DNA from: a virus
Lineage: Duplodnaviria; Heunggongvirae; Uroviricota; Caudoviricetes
Direction: 5' to 3' (one strand)
Length of the DNA stretch: 40,652 nucleotides
Virus record (IMG/VR): IMGVR_UViG_2579778674_000010
A model generated the notes under the pieces. That model saw only the letters and a program-made list of their open reading frames with translations. It was not told the origin of the DNA and did not search any database. Shown in pieces: positions 18,016 to 28,448 of the stretch. The translations under genes and the position numbers were made by a program. Each line of letters begins with the position of its first letter. Position 1 is the stretch's first letter.

Positions 18016-19473
18016 TTAGGAGCGCCAAAAAAAACCTGAAAACAATATAATAACAGGATAAATTTCAAGGCGACCAAGAATCATAGCTATGCACATTAAA
18101 CATTTTGCAATGTCATTAAGCACTCCGAATGACGATGCAGTAGCCCCAAAACCTAATCCCATATTATTAATACATGCAGCCACTGTTGCAAATGATGTAA
18201 GAAAATCATATCCCATACCATTTAACACCAGTATAAAAAACACCGTGAAGAGAGTATAAAGAAAAAAGAAACTCCATACAGACCTCATTACACGATCTGT
18301 AACTATCTTCCCTCCTACATTTACACTCAACAACGCTCTGGGATGAGAAAGCTGATTTATCTCGTGTTTGCTTTGTTTGAAAAGTATAAGAAATCGAAGT
18401 GACTTAATTCCACCACAAGTTGAACCTATACATCCCCCAAAGAAACTTGACAACAGCAAAAACACTATCGTGTGCGTGGGCCAGTTTGCATAATCCTGCG
18501 TAGCTAAACCATTATCAGTGAGCATGGAGCTGGCAAGAAAAAACGAATGAATAAAACTTCCATGCAAGTCATACATACCTATATGCCAGACCTGGAAAGA
18601 GGTAACAATGATCACCCCTAAGGCTATTAACAGAAAGAAACGAAGTTCAATATCTCTGATTAAAGGTTTTATCGTTTTTCTGCTAATAACAATATACCAA
18701 AGAGTGAAGTTGAAAGCCGATAGCAGGGAAAAAGAACCAGCCACCAGCTCAACCAAATAGTTATTAAAATATCCGATACTCTCGCTATGAGTTGAGAAAC
18801 CACCAAGCGAAACTGTGGAAATCCCGTGACAAATAGCATCAAACAAAGGCATTCCTGCAAGTCTATAACAGACAATACAAGCAATACCTAATAAAGAATA
18901 AGTTATCCACAGTGTCCGTGACGTATCGGCCAGGCGGGGAGTGAGTTTGTCATCCTTAAATGGCCCCGGCATTTCTGACTGATAAAGCTTTGCACCACCA
19001 ATACCCAATAATGGCAATACTGCAACCGCCAGAACAATAACTCCTAAACCACCTATAAAATTTAACTGTGACCGATAGTACAAATATGCCCGAGGTAATG
19101 AACTAACATCATCAATTACAGTTGCTCCTGTTGTTGTTATTCCAGAAACCCCTTCAAACAGAGCATCAATGAACGTTAAATTAAGTTCTGAGTCAATCCA
19201 TAAAGGGAATGCACTAATAACAGAAAACAAAATCCAAAACATTACAATTATAATAAACCCATCACGGGTACGTAATTGAATGCCAGATTTCTTAGTTGTA
19301 TACCACGCTCCGCCACCAATGCAAAAAAATATAACGAAAGTTATAAAGAAAACGAACAGGCTTTTTTCTTTATAAAACAATGCTACAACCATTGGTGGCA
19401 ACATTGAAAGACTATAGAGCCAAACCAGGAACCCACACATATGAGTAACAACTCTTACATGAGATGTATTCAT
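18016..19473 (-). CDS. trkG: TrkG potassium uptake protein (TrkH family), prophage cargo
   Basis: Polytopic membrane protein. Sequence from MNTSHVRVVTHMCGFLVWLYSLSMLPP onward is recognised as the Rac-prophage TrkG of E. coli K-12; the track ORF has 6 extra N-terminal codons. Confidence 0.9.
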   Translation of the reverse strand: MNTSHVRVVTHMCGFLVWLYSLSMLPPMVVALFYKEKSLFVFFITFVIFFCIGGGAWYTTKKSGIQLRTRDGFIIIVMFWILFSVISAFPLWIDSELNLTFIDALFEGVSGITTTGATVIDDVSSLPRAYLYYRSQLNFIGGLGVIVLAVAVLPLLGIGGAKLYQSEMPGPFKDDKLTPRLADTSRTLWITYSLLGIACIVCYRLAGMPLFDAICHGISTVSLGGFSTHSESIGYFNNYLVELVAGSFSLLSAFNFTLWYIVISRKTIKPLIRDIELRFFLLIALGVIIVTSFQVWHIGMYDLHGSFIHSFFLASSMLTDNGLATQDYANWPTHTIVFLLLSSFFGGCIGSTCGGIKSLRFLILFKQSKHEINQLSHPRALLSVNVGGKIVTDRVMRSVWSFFFLYTLFTVFFILVLNGMGYDFLTSFATVAACINNMGLGFGATASSFGVLNDIAKCLMCIAMILGRLEIYPVIILFSGFFWRS

Positions 19474-19610
19474 ATCTAAATATTCTTTCAATTATAACCA
19501 CCTTGCTGCAATATTATGATTATACTGTATAAAATTTAACTCCTCTTAGATCTTACTTCACTGTTCCTTATGAAACAATCATCAAAATGAATCATATTGT
19601 AGTTAAGATT

Positions 19611-20075
19611 TTACTTTAAACACTGCTCGGTTATGTATTGCTGAGCACCTTCAAGTTGGGCCTGCATCATTACCAGTCGTTCCCGGAGGGTGAAATAATC
19701 CCGTTCAGCGGTGTCTGCCAGTCGGGGGGAGGCTGCATTATCCACGCCGGAGGCGGTGGTGGCTTCACGCACTGACTGACAGACTGCTTTGATGTGCAAC
19801 CGACGACGACCAGCGACAACATCATCACGCAGAGCATCATTTTCAGCTTTCGCATCAGCTAACTCCTTCGTGTATTTTGCATCGAGCGCAGCAACATCAC
19901 GCTGACGCATCTGCATGTCAGTAATTGCCGCGTTCGCCAGCTTCAGTTCTCTGGCATTTTTGTCGCGCTGGGCTTTGTAGGTAATGGCGTTATCACGGTA
20001 ATGATTAACAGCCCATGACAGGCAGACGACGATGCAGATAACCAGAGCGGAGATAATCGCGGTTACTCTGCTCAT
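19611..20075 (-). CDS. rzpR: Rz i-spanin
   Basis: 154-aa ORF with an N-terminal transmembrane segment and coiled-coil periplasmic domain; start overlaps the endolysin stop by 4 nt. Confidence 0.85.
   Translation of the reverse strand: MSRVTAIISALVICIVVCLSWAVNHYRDNAITYKAQRDKNARELKLANAAITDMQMRQRDVAALDAKYTKELADAKAENDALRDDVVAGRRRLHIKAVCQSVREATTASGVDNAASPRLADTAERDYFTLRERLVMMQAQLEGAQQYITEQCLK
19670..19855 (-). CDS. rzoR: Rz1 o-spanin lipoprotein, embedded in Rz in the +1 frame
   Basis: 61-aa ORF with a lipobox (LVVVGC) and a proline-rich mature region ([18 protein letters not shown]), lying entirely inside Rz. Confidence 0.8.
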   Translation of the reverse strand: MRKLKMMLCVMMLSLVVVGCTSKQSVSQCVKPPPPPAWIMQPPPDWQTPLNGIISPSGNDW

Positions 20076-20548
20076 ACCTCAATCTCTCTGACCGTTCCGC
20101 CAGCTTCTTTGAATTTTGCAATCAGACTGTCAGCCTTATGCTCGAACTGACCATAACCAGCGCCCGGCAGTGAAGCCCATATATTGCTGCAACGGTCGAT
20201 AGCCTGACGGATATCACCGCGATCAATCATCGGCAAAGCGCCACGCTCTTTAATCTGCTGCAGCGCTACAGCATCCTGACTTTCTGGAGAAAAATCTTTC
20301 AGGCCAAGTTGCTTGCGGTAGGCATCCCACCAGCGTGAAAGAAGCTGGTAACGTCCAGCGGCTGTTGATTTGAGTTTCGGATTTAGCGTGACAAGTTTGC
20401 GGGGGTGATCGGAGTAATCAGTGAACAGTCCGCCACCGACAATAACATCATAACCGTGATTTCTGGTTTTCTGCCGTCCGTTATCTGTTCCTTCTGACCA
20501 TGCCACCATATCAAGGAAAGCTTTACGCTGGGAATTAAGTGTCTGCAT
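20072..20548 (-). CDS. Endolysin, lambda R-type lytic transglycosylase
   Basis: 158-aa [36 protein letters not shown]...[28 protein letters not shown]..., near-identical in my recollection to lambda R. Confidence 0.9.
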   Translation of the reverse strand: MQTLNSQRKAFLDMVAWSEGTDNGRQKTRNHGYDVIVGGGLFTDYSDHPRKLVTLNPKLKSTAAGRYQLLSRWWDAYRKQLGLKDFSPESQDAVALQQIKERGALPMIDRGDIRQAIDRCSNIWASLPGAGYGQFEHKADSLIAKFKEAGGTVREIEV

Positions 20549-20551
20549 TAA

Positions 20552-20893
20552 TTACTCCTTATGGGCACCGAACTTGTTACCGATGACCCTCATTGCCGCA
20601 CCACGAATAGCATCAACACCAATCAGCCCCACCCCACCACCAATGGCAACAGAAAGTGATTTAGGCCATCCGACATACTCAAGCGCGGATGCAAAGGTCA
20701 GCGTCAGAGCACCACAAAGCAGAATCTCAAGCGTTTTTCGTTTCCAGCCGCCGCCACAGCCAAAATAGGCAATGCGCAAACCAGCCATAATAATTGACAT
20801 AACCACTGCACCCAGCGGCGTATCTCCACGCCACCAACTTTGTAAGAGTTCCAGTAAGTCAGGCCAGGAATGAGGGGCATTGTGCATTTTCAT
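20552..20893 (-). CDS. Holin (class I-like, three predicted transmembrane segments) with MKM dual-start motif
   Basis: ATG at 20893 is preceded by GGAGGTGAGG; a second in-frame ATG lies two codons later (MKMH...) and an upstream GTG gives the track start. Three hydrophobic segments. Immediately upstream of the endolysin. Confidence 0.7.
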   Translation of the reverse strand: MKMHNAPHSWPDLLELLQSWWRGDTPLGAVVMSIIMAGLRIAYFGCGGGWKRKTLEILLCGALTLTFASALEYVGWPKSLSVAIGGGVGLIGVDAIRGAAMRVIGNKFGAHKE

Positions 20894-20991
20894 AAGCCTC
20901 ACCTCCGAGAGTTCGGATGGTGCTAAGTGTAAGATTCAGGCTCTCAGGCTTGCTAACAAGAAGTCGAGGATGTTTCCGGAGCCTAACAACG

Positions 20992-21016
20992 AAAAAGCCC
21001 CGGGACATGCCGGGGC
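20992..21016 (-). terminator. Intrinsic-terminator-like hairpin upstream of the holin
   Basis: Plus gccccgg-gacatg-ccggggc at 20997..21016 preceded by aaaaa; minus-strand RNA has the 7-bp GC-rich hairpin followed by UUUUUCGUUGUU. Confidence 0.5.
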
Positions 21017-21110
21017 CAGATGGAGTGCCAGATTAAGCTTCTGGCGGTATATACTCGTGTTTGATATCGTTAAATCGCCAAAAGTAACAATTCAAACAAA
21101 GAGGATTTTT

Positions 21111-21272
21111 ATGTCTGAAAAAAACAAACCACAAGGTGAAAATAAACCTCAGCAACCCGTGGCACCAAAACCAACTCCAACACAAAGTACTACAGACTTT
21201 GCTACACGTCGTGTTTTTGTTGGAGATTCTGCCGACTCAGTCATTGAACATATAAAAAAACAGCCGAGATAA
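21111..21272 (+). CDS. Small hypothetical protein (53 aa), proline/lysine/glutamine-rich
   Basis: ATG at 21111 preceded by AGAGGA. MSEKNKPQGENKPQQPVAPKPTPTQSTTDFATRRVFVGDSADSVIEHIKKQPR. The longer track ORF from 20880 has no such ribosome-binding site. Resembles small prophage cold-shock-associated proteins but not confirmed. Confidence 0.5.
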   Translation: MSEKNKPQGENKPQQPVAPKPTPTQSTTDFATRRVFVGDSADSVIEHIKKQPR

Positions 21273-21810
21273 ACATCGCCGCTACCGGAGCAAGGATGGT
21301 ATACATCCTTGCTTTATCGAGACTCGTGCGGATTTTCTCATTTTCCAACAGTAACTCTCTTGCTGTATCACTCAAGTCAACAAGGCGATACCTTCGTATA
21401 AGCGGCAATAACTTATCAGGTCCTAAATATCCTGCATCAGCGAATATTTTAAAGCTCGAGGGCTCCATATCCTTATATTTTTCATGATATAGATGATCAG
21501 GAGGGGCATTGATCAGGCCCCTAACCTTCACAGATAAACCAGTACATACCAAGTAAATAGCGCACCATGTCCATAGTAATGTAAATGTGGTAATTCCGGC
21601 GGTGAGAAAATCGAAATTAGTTTTCTGTGTCAGCAATAAAAAAGATGAACCAATTCCAACAATCTGAATGTTCAGAAGTTTGTATCCATTCTCAACATTG
21701 GTTTTGTTAGAAAGATGAATCTCTCGTATCGTCTCTTCCCCTTGTTTTTCAAGATAATCGACGAGCTCATCATCTACTCCTAAAAAATAATCTTTAGGTA
21801 GTTCTCTCAT
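21241..21810 (-). CDS. Hypothetical membrane protein (cargo between Q and the lysis genes)
   Basis: 189-aa ORF with GGAGGTGAG before the ATG. Two long hydrophobic stretches (IVGIGSSFLLLTQ..., ILAPVAAMFISAVFLYVQ). AT-rich codon usage. Confidence 0.6.
   Translation of the reverse strand: MRELPKDYFLGVDDELVDYLEKQGEETIREIHLSNKTNVENGYKLLNIQIVGIGSSFLLLTQKTNFDFLTAGITTFTLLWTWCAIYLVCTGLSVKVRGLINAPPDHLYHEKYKDMEPSSFKIFADAGYLGPDKLLPLIRRYRLVDLSDTARELLLENEKIRTSLDKARMYTILAPVAAMFISAVFLYVQ
21289..21318 (+). terminator. Hairpin plus U-run after the small plus-strand gene
   Basis: gcaaggatg-gtata-catccttgc (9-bp stem) followed by tttatcg, 17 nt after the stop at 21272. Confidence 0.45.
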
Positions 21811-21915
21811 CTCACCTCCACATCCTGTACTGAAAACAATTTTACCAGAATGTCTCGATTCTAGGTATTCCGCCAGGAATCGCGCTCCAGAAATGAAACA
21901 TCAGGTTCGCCAGTA

Positions 21916-21947
21916 CCAGAAACAACAAAACCCGCTCAATGGCGGGT
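21916..21947 (-). terminator. tR-prime-like intrinsic terminator downstream of the Q-like gene
   Basis: Plus aacccgc-tcaatg-gcgggtt at 21928..21947; minus-strand RNA has the hairpin followed by UUGUUGUUUCU, about 85 nt after the Q-like stop. Confidence 0.5.
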
Positions 21948-22031
21948 TCTGGTAAAGTTCATGCGCTTGGTTCGCCTCGCGATACAGCTTTGCGAAGCAT
22001 ACCGGAATTGAAGCAGTTTATGCGTAAAAAA

Positions 22032-22574
22032 TCAAGCTATTTTTTGAGCAAATGATTCTCGCATGGGAATATATAGGGCATACTCAGCAACAGCCAACCA
22101 ATTAGCAATTCGCTTTTCGCATGTGCTAAAACACCACTCAGGATGTGCATCATTTAGCAATTCAGCCATTTTGCGCTTAGTCATCCCCCGTCCTTCATAC
22201 CGTTGCCGGAGGACACTAATCAATCCAGGATGCTCTGCCAGCACCTCACTTATGACTCTATCAATACATAACGCCTCTGCATCAGTACAATGCGCCAGCC
22301 AGGTCTTTTGCTTGCCGTTGATCATCTCTCGCAAAAACGCTTCCAGCTCAGGTTTCTCTATTCCCGCTTTTTTCATCCTGCGCAGGGCTTCATTGACGGC
22401 TGTTTTCGTCAATTTTTTGGATGCCAGCAACTGGTTAAACATATTTCCCGTCTTACCGCCGCCAATATACGACCAGCGCCCCCACATGCGCAGTTTTCCC
22501 TGAATCCAGACACTTTCCAGCGTGGTGAGACGAAGGTGTTCCCCGCTTTTGCCTGTATTTGTTGGGTAAATCAT
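22032..22574 (-). CDS. Late-gene antiterminator Q-like protein (probable)
   Basis: Start taken at MIYPTNTGK (ATG overlaps the stop of the upstream gene as ATGA). Contains an LRMWGRW segment; last gene before the terminator and lysis cassette. Family assignment is from position and partial motif recall. Confidence 0.55.
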   Translation of the reverse strand: MIYPTNTGKSGEHLRLTTLESVWIQGKLRMWGRWSYIGGGKTGNMFNQLLASKKLTKTAVNEALRRMKKAGIEKPELEAFLREMINGKQKTWLAHCTDAEALCIDRVISEVLAEHPGLISVLRQRYEGRGMTKRKMAELLNDAHPEWCFSTCEKRIANWLAVAEYALYIPMRESFAQKIA

Positions 22575-22861
22575 AAATAACCTTCCTTTCTCCAGATTTC
22601 TTGTGTGCGAAAAACACCTTCTGCATGCATCAGGCGTAATTCTTCTTTGGTGTAATCGCTGGTTTTTACCCGCCCGTCGATTAAATCGTGGCATGAGCTA
22701 CAGGCAATCGCTGCCTGCATATCGTGTGGTTTTGTCGCTGTTCCGCACGTCCCCGCCAGCCTGTAATGCGCCAGCACAGAGGTTTCGGGATTGTGATTGC
22801 AGTAGCCAGGGATTCTGATTTGGCACATCTGGCCTTTAGCCGCTTTACGTAAATCCACCAT
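22571..22861 (-). CDS. YbcO-like (DUF1364) nin-region protein, putative Zn-binding nuclease
   Basis: 96-aa ORF MVDLRKAAKGQMCQIRIPGYCNHNPETSVLAHYRL...IACSSCHDLIDGR, resembling the DLP12 YbcO family; four Cys. Confidence 0.6.
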   Translation of the reverse strand: MVDLRKAAKGQMCQIRIPGYCNHNPETSVLAHYRLAGTCGTATKPHDMQAAIACSSCHDLIDGRVKTSDYTKEELRLMHAEGVFRTQEIWRKEGYL

Positions 22862-23460
22862 TACGCAAACTCCAGTAACTGTGCGGCCACATTTTCGACT
22901 TCCTCCGGAGAGGAAAATTTACGGAACAGGATCCAGTTCCACAGCACATTCAGTACAGATTTATAAACCTGCTGAAACTCGGTTTCGTCCATGTTCGCAA
23001 ATGCGATAGATTTTGCCCTGCGCCCACGACTACCATCAGGATAAATATACTCGGTGTAAAATCCTGCCTGAATGGTTACCCACTCGCGGAAAGCGTCAAA
23101 CGACTTTAGCAATGCCGTATCCCGGGTTCTGCATGTCGCAACGGTATTAAGGTATTGCTCTGCGGCATCACTCAGGGCTGGAGTGTGTTCCCGACCTACT
23201 GATTCGCACAGGTAATCAACGAAGCCCGATACCAGTTTTCGTTCGCGAGGCGTGATCGCCCCACCGACCGGAGTCCAGTAATCGAATCCCAGTTGCAGGA
23301 GTTTGAAAAAACGCTTGTGGAATGCGTAGTTACGCACACGCTTAAAGTCTGCGTGTATCCACTCACCTATTTTGATTTGATGCAAAAAATCGCAACTCTC
23401 CGGCGTCGCCGGGAGAAGTAAACCAGAAGAGGTTTGTTTGACCAGTTGTATATGCGCCAT
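22861..23460 (-). CDS. YbcN-like (DUF1367) nin-region protein
   Basis: 199-aa ORF translationally coupled to the YbcO-like gene; recalled as the DUF1367 family found in nin regions. Confidence 0.55.
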   Translation of the reverse strand: MAHIQLVKQTSSGLLLPATPESCDFLHQIKIGEWIHADFKRVRNYAFHKRFFKLLQLGFDYWTPVGGAITPRERKLVSGFVDYLCESVGREHTPALSDAAEQYLNTVATCRTRDTALLKSFDAFREWVTIQAGFYTEYIYPDGSRGRRAKSIAFANMDETEFQQVYKSVLNVLWNWILFRKFSSPEEVENVAAQLLEFA

Positions 23461-23740
23461 TTCTCAATCTCTCGATGGCGCAGCGCAGCAGATGCCAGTT
23501 GTTCAGGCTGACGAATAAAGTATAAATAAACTGGCTATGGTGTAAAGCCCCACATAGCATGAACAAACACTACATATCAAATAGCTGGTACAAGGATAGA
23601 AATACGACATTTATTATTAAAAACGATTAGATAAATTACATTTTAATGTTATGCAAAAGTTCTTTTTTATCATAACATTTCAATAAAAGCATTACAGATG
23701 CAATCATCCCGTCATCATCAATTATTTAAGGTGGTTAAAC

Positions 23741-23827
23741 ATGGAAAATAACAAGTTCGCACATCTCGCTCCTTTTTTATCCGTAATCCTTTTCGCTTGT
23801 TGTTTTATATGGGCATTATTTTTATAA
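23741..23827 (+). CDS. Candidate small hydrophobic peptide (28 aa)
   Basis: ATG at 23741 preceded by AAGGTGG at ideal spacing. MENNKFAHLAPFLSVILFACCFIWALFL, a single predicted transmembrane helix. Lies in an AT-rich intergenic region. Confidence 0.3.
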   Translation: MENNKFAHLAPFLSVILFACCFIWALFL

Positions 23828-24218
23828 AGTAGCCACATGATAAGTTGCTGGAATCATATTTCCCACTCAAGTCATTAACATTTGATAAGATATATCTAAA
23901 AGGACGCCTTTACATTATTTATGTGTATATAATTTATTTATATACACAGTAAAGGTATCCTGGGAAAATATTTATCGTTAAAAAATACATCATAAATAAT
24001 TAAGCTGAAATTTCAGAACACAACTAATATACACAATAAGGTTCAGTAACAATAATCTATGTGGACTACATCGAGATTTTTTGATTAAACTTTAATAACT
24101 TATTCCTAACACACAGAATGCATAAACTAAAAGTAAAACAAATAGTTATACGAAAAACAACCATATTTATTATATCTTCTCCTCTAATCAACATATCAAT
24201 TATGTGTTTCATAACAGC

Positions 24219-24262
24219 TTGACATAACCCTCAAAAACACGCATTTATAATGCATGTTTTTG
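24219..24262 (+). promoter_or_regulatory. Putative promoter with an overlapping inverted repeat upstream of the YeaR-like gene
   Basis: TTGACA at 24219..24224 and TATAAT at 24246..24251 (spacing longer than optimal). Imperfect inverted repeat tcaaaaacacgcat-ttataa-atgcatgtttttga spans the -10 and ends at the ribosome-binding site. Confidence 0.35.
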
Positions 24263-24273
24263 AGGAGGTGGTT

Positions 24274-24612
24274 ATGACACACAAGAGAATTCCTAAAGAT
24301 TGGGTAATCAAACGCTCAACTCCGTTCTTCACAAAAGAGAACGTACCTTCAGCGTTATTAACACATCATAATACAGCAGCAGGTGTTTTTGGGCAGTTGT
24401 GCGTAATGGAAGGTACTGTAACATATTATGGTTTTACTGATGAGAATGCTACTGAACCGGAGATAAAAGTAGTCATTAATGCTGGCGCTTTTGCAACAAG
24501 CCCACCACAATACTGGCACCGTGTTGAACTAAGCGATGATGCTCAGTTTAATATTAACTTTTGGGTCGCTCCAGACTTCTCGGGCGAAAAAGTCTATAGC
24601 ACCAAAAAATAG
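24274..24612 (+). CDS. YeaR-like DUF1971 protein
   Basis: ATG at 24274 preceded by GAGGAGGTGG. MTHKRIPKDWVIKRSTPFFTKE...GQLCVMEGTVTYYGF...AGAFATSPPQYWHRVE...FNINFWVAP aligns in my recollection with E. coli YeaR (RSTPFW..., SVMHGAV.YLGY, AGQFAVFPPEKWH, FNIDFFVAP). Confidence 0.7.
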   Translation: MTHKRIPKDWVIKRSTPFFTKENVPSALLTHHNTAAGVFGQLCVMEGTVTYYGFTDENATEPEIKVVINAGAFATSPPQYWHRVELSDDAQFNINFWVAPDFSGEKVYSTKK

Positions 24613-24641
24613 ATGATCATATTAAAAATGCTTTAACAGTC

Positions 24642-24680
24642 AGACCCGGCAGGGCTATCCCCGACGGGTCTCATTTTTGT
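24642..24680 (+). terminator. Hairpin plus U-run after the YeaR-like gene
   Basis: agacccg...cgggtct (7-bp stem with an inner GGG/CCC stem) followed by catttttgt. Confidence 0.4.
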
Positions 24681-25374
24681 AAATATATTGGTTCTACATT
24701 GACAGGAGACTTCAACCATAAGAAGTAATCTGAATACTTGAGCAATAAATTTACTTAAGATTAATGAGCGCACCTTGCCGGACAAAGATAAACCAAGGTA
24801 ACACCTTTTTTCTAGCCAGTATGTAATCAATCAGAAAGCCGCTCCATAAGAACAACAGCAAGACAATAAATTGCCATTACAGCCGCAATAGCCAGCGCAC
24901 ATTTGAGAACCAGCACGACAACCCCCTGTATTAGACGCACACCAGTCCTGATAAATATGAGGCTGTCTCGTCAGTGATTCAATACAACTATTGGGTATAG
25001 TTTCTGTGATTTTATTCTGTAGAAATGGAACACAACAACCAGTCACCACCAGCACTTCTTTAAATACGCCAAGTCCGACGCAAGCTAACCTTCTAGTCCG
25101 CTTTGAGCGAAAAGCGGACAGGAACATTCTGGTTAATAGATATCAATGCTAACAAAAAAGCTCCCGATGGAGATTTTGAAACCGCTTCCACATAATGAAA
25201 TAAAAGGATTTATTTCTGGTCATGCCCACACATTGACCACGTCGAAGTAAGTAGCTCCGCTTCGCGGAGTTACTTAAGATAATTTCTATGTAGTTCCATG
25301 CTATGATTTAATTTTCAAGTTACAAAATCTAAATCTACAAATGTCCATTTGGGTGTAAAATTACACAATCCTAT

Positions 25375-27700
<2,326 letters not shown>

Positions 27701-28001
27701 TTTAATTACCTTATATATCCAAACTCTTAATTTTCTCTTTTTTACCATAGGATTAATCCAAAATAAAGACCTTGTTGACTAAACCCTCATGTACAAAATG
27801 CACACTTACTCAAAAGGATCTGGAGGCAATCTCGACCTCCATGATTTAGTTCCTAGGGATAAGCAGAAATCTAGCACTGGATTAAAATTTAAAAATAATA
27901 ATCAATAGGTTATAATGGTTTTTATTCGCATCCATGGGATCTGCTGCTGCCCGCATGATGTTGGATGCGACGGCGCTGGCACGACCTCACCCGGTGAAAC
28001 G

Positions 28002-28448
28002 ATGAAACGCGAAAGGGTTGTTCTTCGGGAAGGTGCAGTTGGACTTTCAATCGATGACGTTGCAAAAGAGGCTGGCGTCAGTAAGGCAACGGTAATGTAC
28101 GATCATAAGTCAAAGCAAGATTTGCTCAGCGATCTCATCAGTCGCCTTATGCCAGTAGAGGAGGAACGTGTTCAGCAAGCGATAGCGGAAAGTAATAATA
28201 CCCCACATCCCGCACTCTATGGGCGAATTATTTCAGCCAGTAATGCTCTCAGTCATACTGAGAGAGCAGTAGTGCTGGCGGTCAGCGAATCGTTAACTAA
28301 CGATACGAATATCAGGGACACCATGCGTTCCTGCACAAACAAAGATTTGGATGAGATAAAAAGAGGACCAAAACCAGACGTTGCCGTCCTGGTATATTTG
28401 GCGTTATCTGGTATCTACTGCCAAGAATTTTTTGATTTTTACAAATGA
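28002..28448 (+). CDS. TetR/AcrR-like HTH protein, possibly truncated
   Basis: LSIDDVAKEAGVSKATVMYDHKSKQDLL resembles the TetR N-terminal HTH signature. Only about 148 aa from ATG 28002, shorter than typical TetR proteins. Divergent from the adjacent three-gene operon. The Cys-rich track extension from 27915 was not adopted. Confidence 0.4.
   Translation: MKRERVVLREGAVGLSIDDVAKEAGVSKATVMYDHKSKQDLLSDLISRLMPVEEERVQQAIAESNNTPHPALYGRIISASNALSHTERAVVLAVSESLTNDTNIRDTMRSCTNKDLDEIKRGPKPDVAVLVYLALSGIYCQEFFDFYK

Noticed and set aside
20880-21110. Long N-terminal extension of the small plus-strand gene (track ORF 20880..21272)
   Set aside because: The upstream part overlaps the holin start and the minus-strand terminator and has no ribosome-binding site; the ATG at 21111 has AGAGGA upstream.
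20900-21110. Possible tRNA gene between the holin and the cargo gene (a common tRNA location in lambdoid phages)
   Set aside because: No cloverleaf-compatible arrangement seen (no acceptor stem pairing with a 3-prime end, no T-loop GTTC-type motif). The only strong structure is a simple GC hairpin with a U-tract, better explained as a terminator.
24831-25127. 98-aa Cys-rich minus-strand ORF downstream of the SIR2 gene (and the adjacent 65-aa ORF 24633..24830)
   Set aside because: No ribosome-binding site, overlaps strong hairpins, and composition looks like a frame artefact. The unusual Cys-rich C-terminus (CAGYCGCNGNLLSCCCSYGAAF) is noted but not supported as a gene.
27915-28001. Cys-rich N-terminal extension of the TetR-like ORF (track start at 27915)
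   Set aside because: The extension (MVFIRIHGICCCPHDVGCDG...) has no ribosome-binding site and precedes the conserved HTH region; ATG 28002 is the more plausible start.
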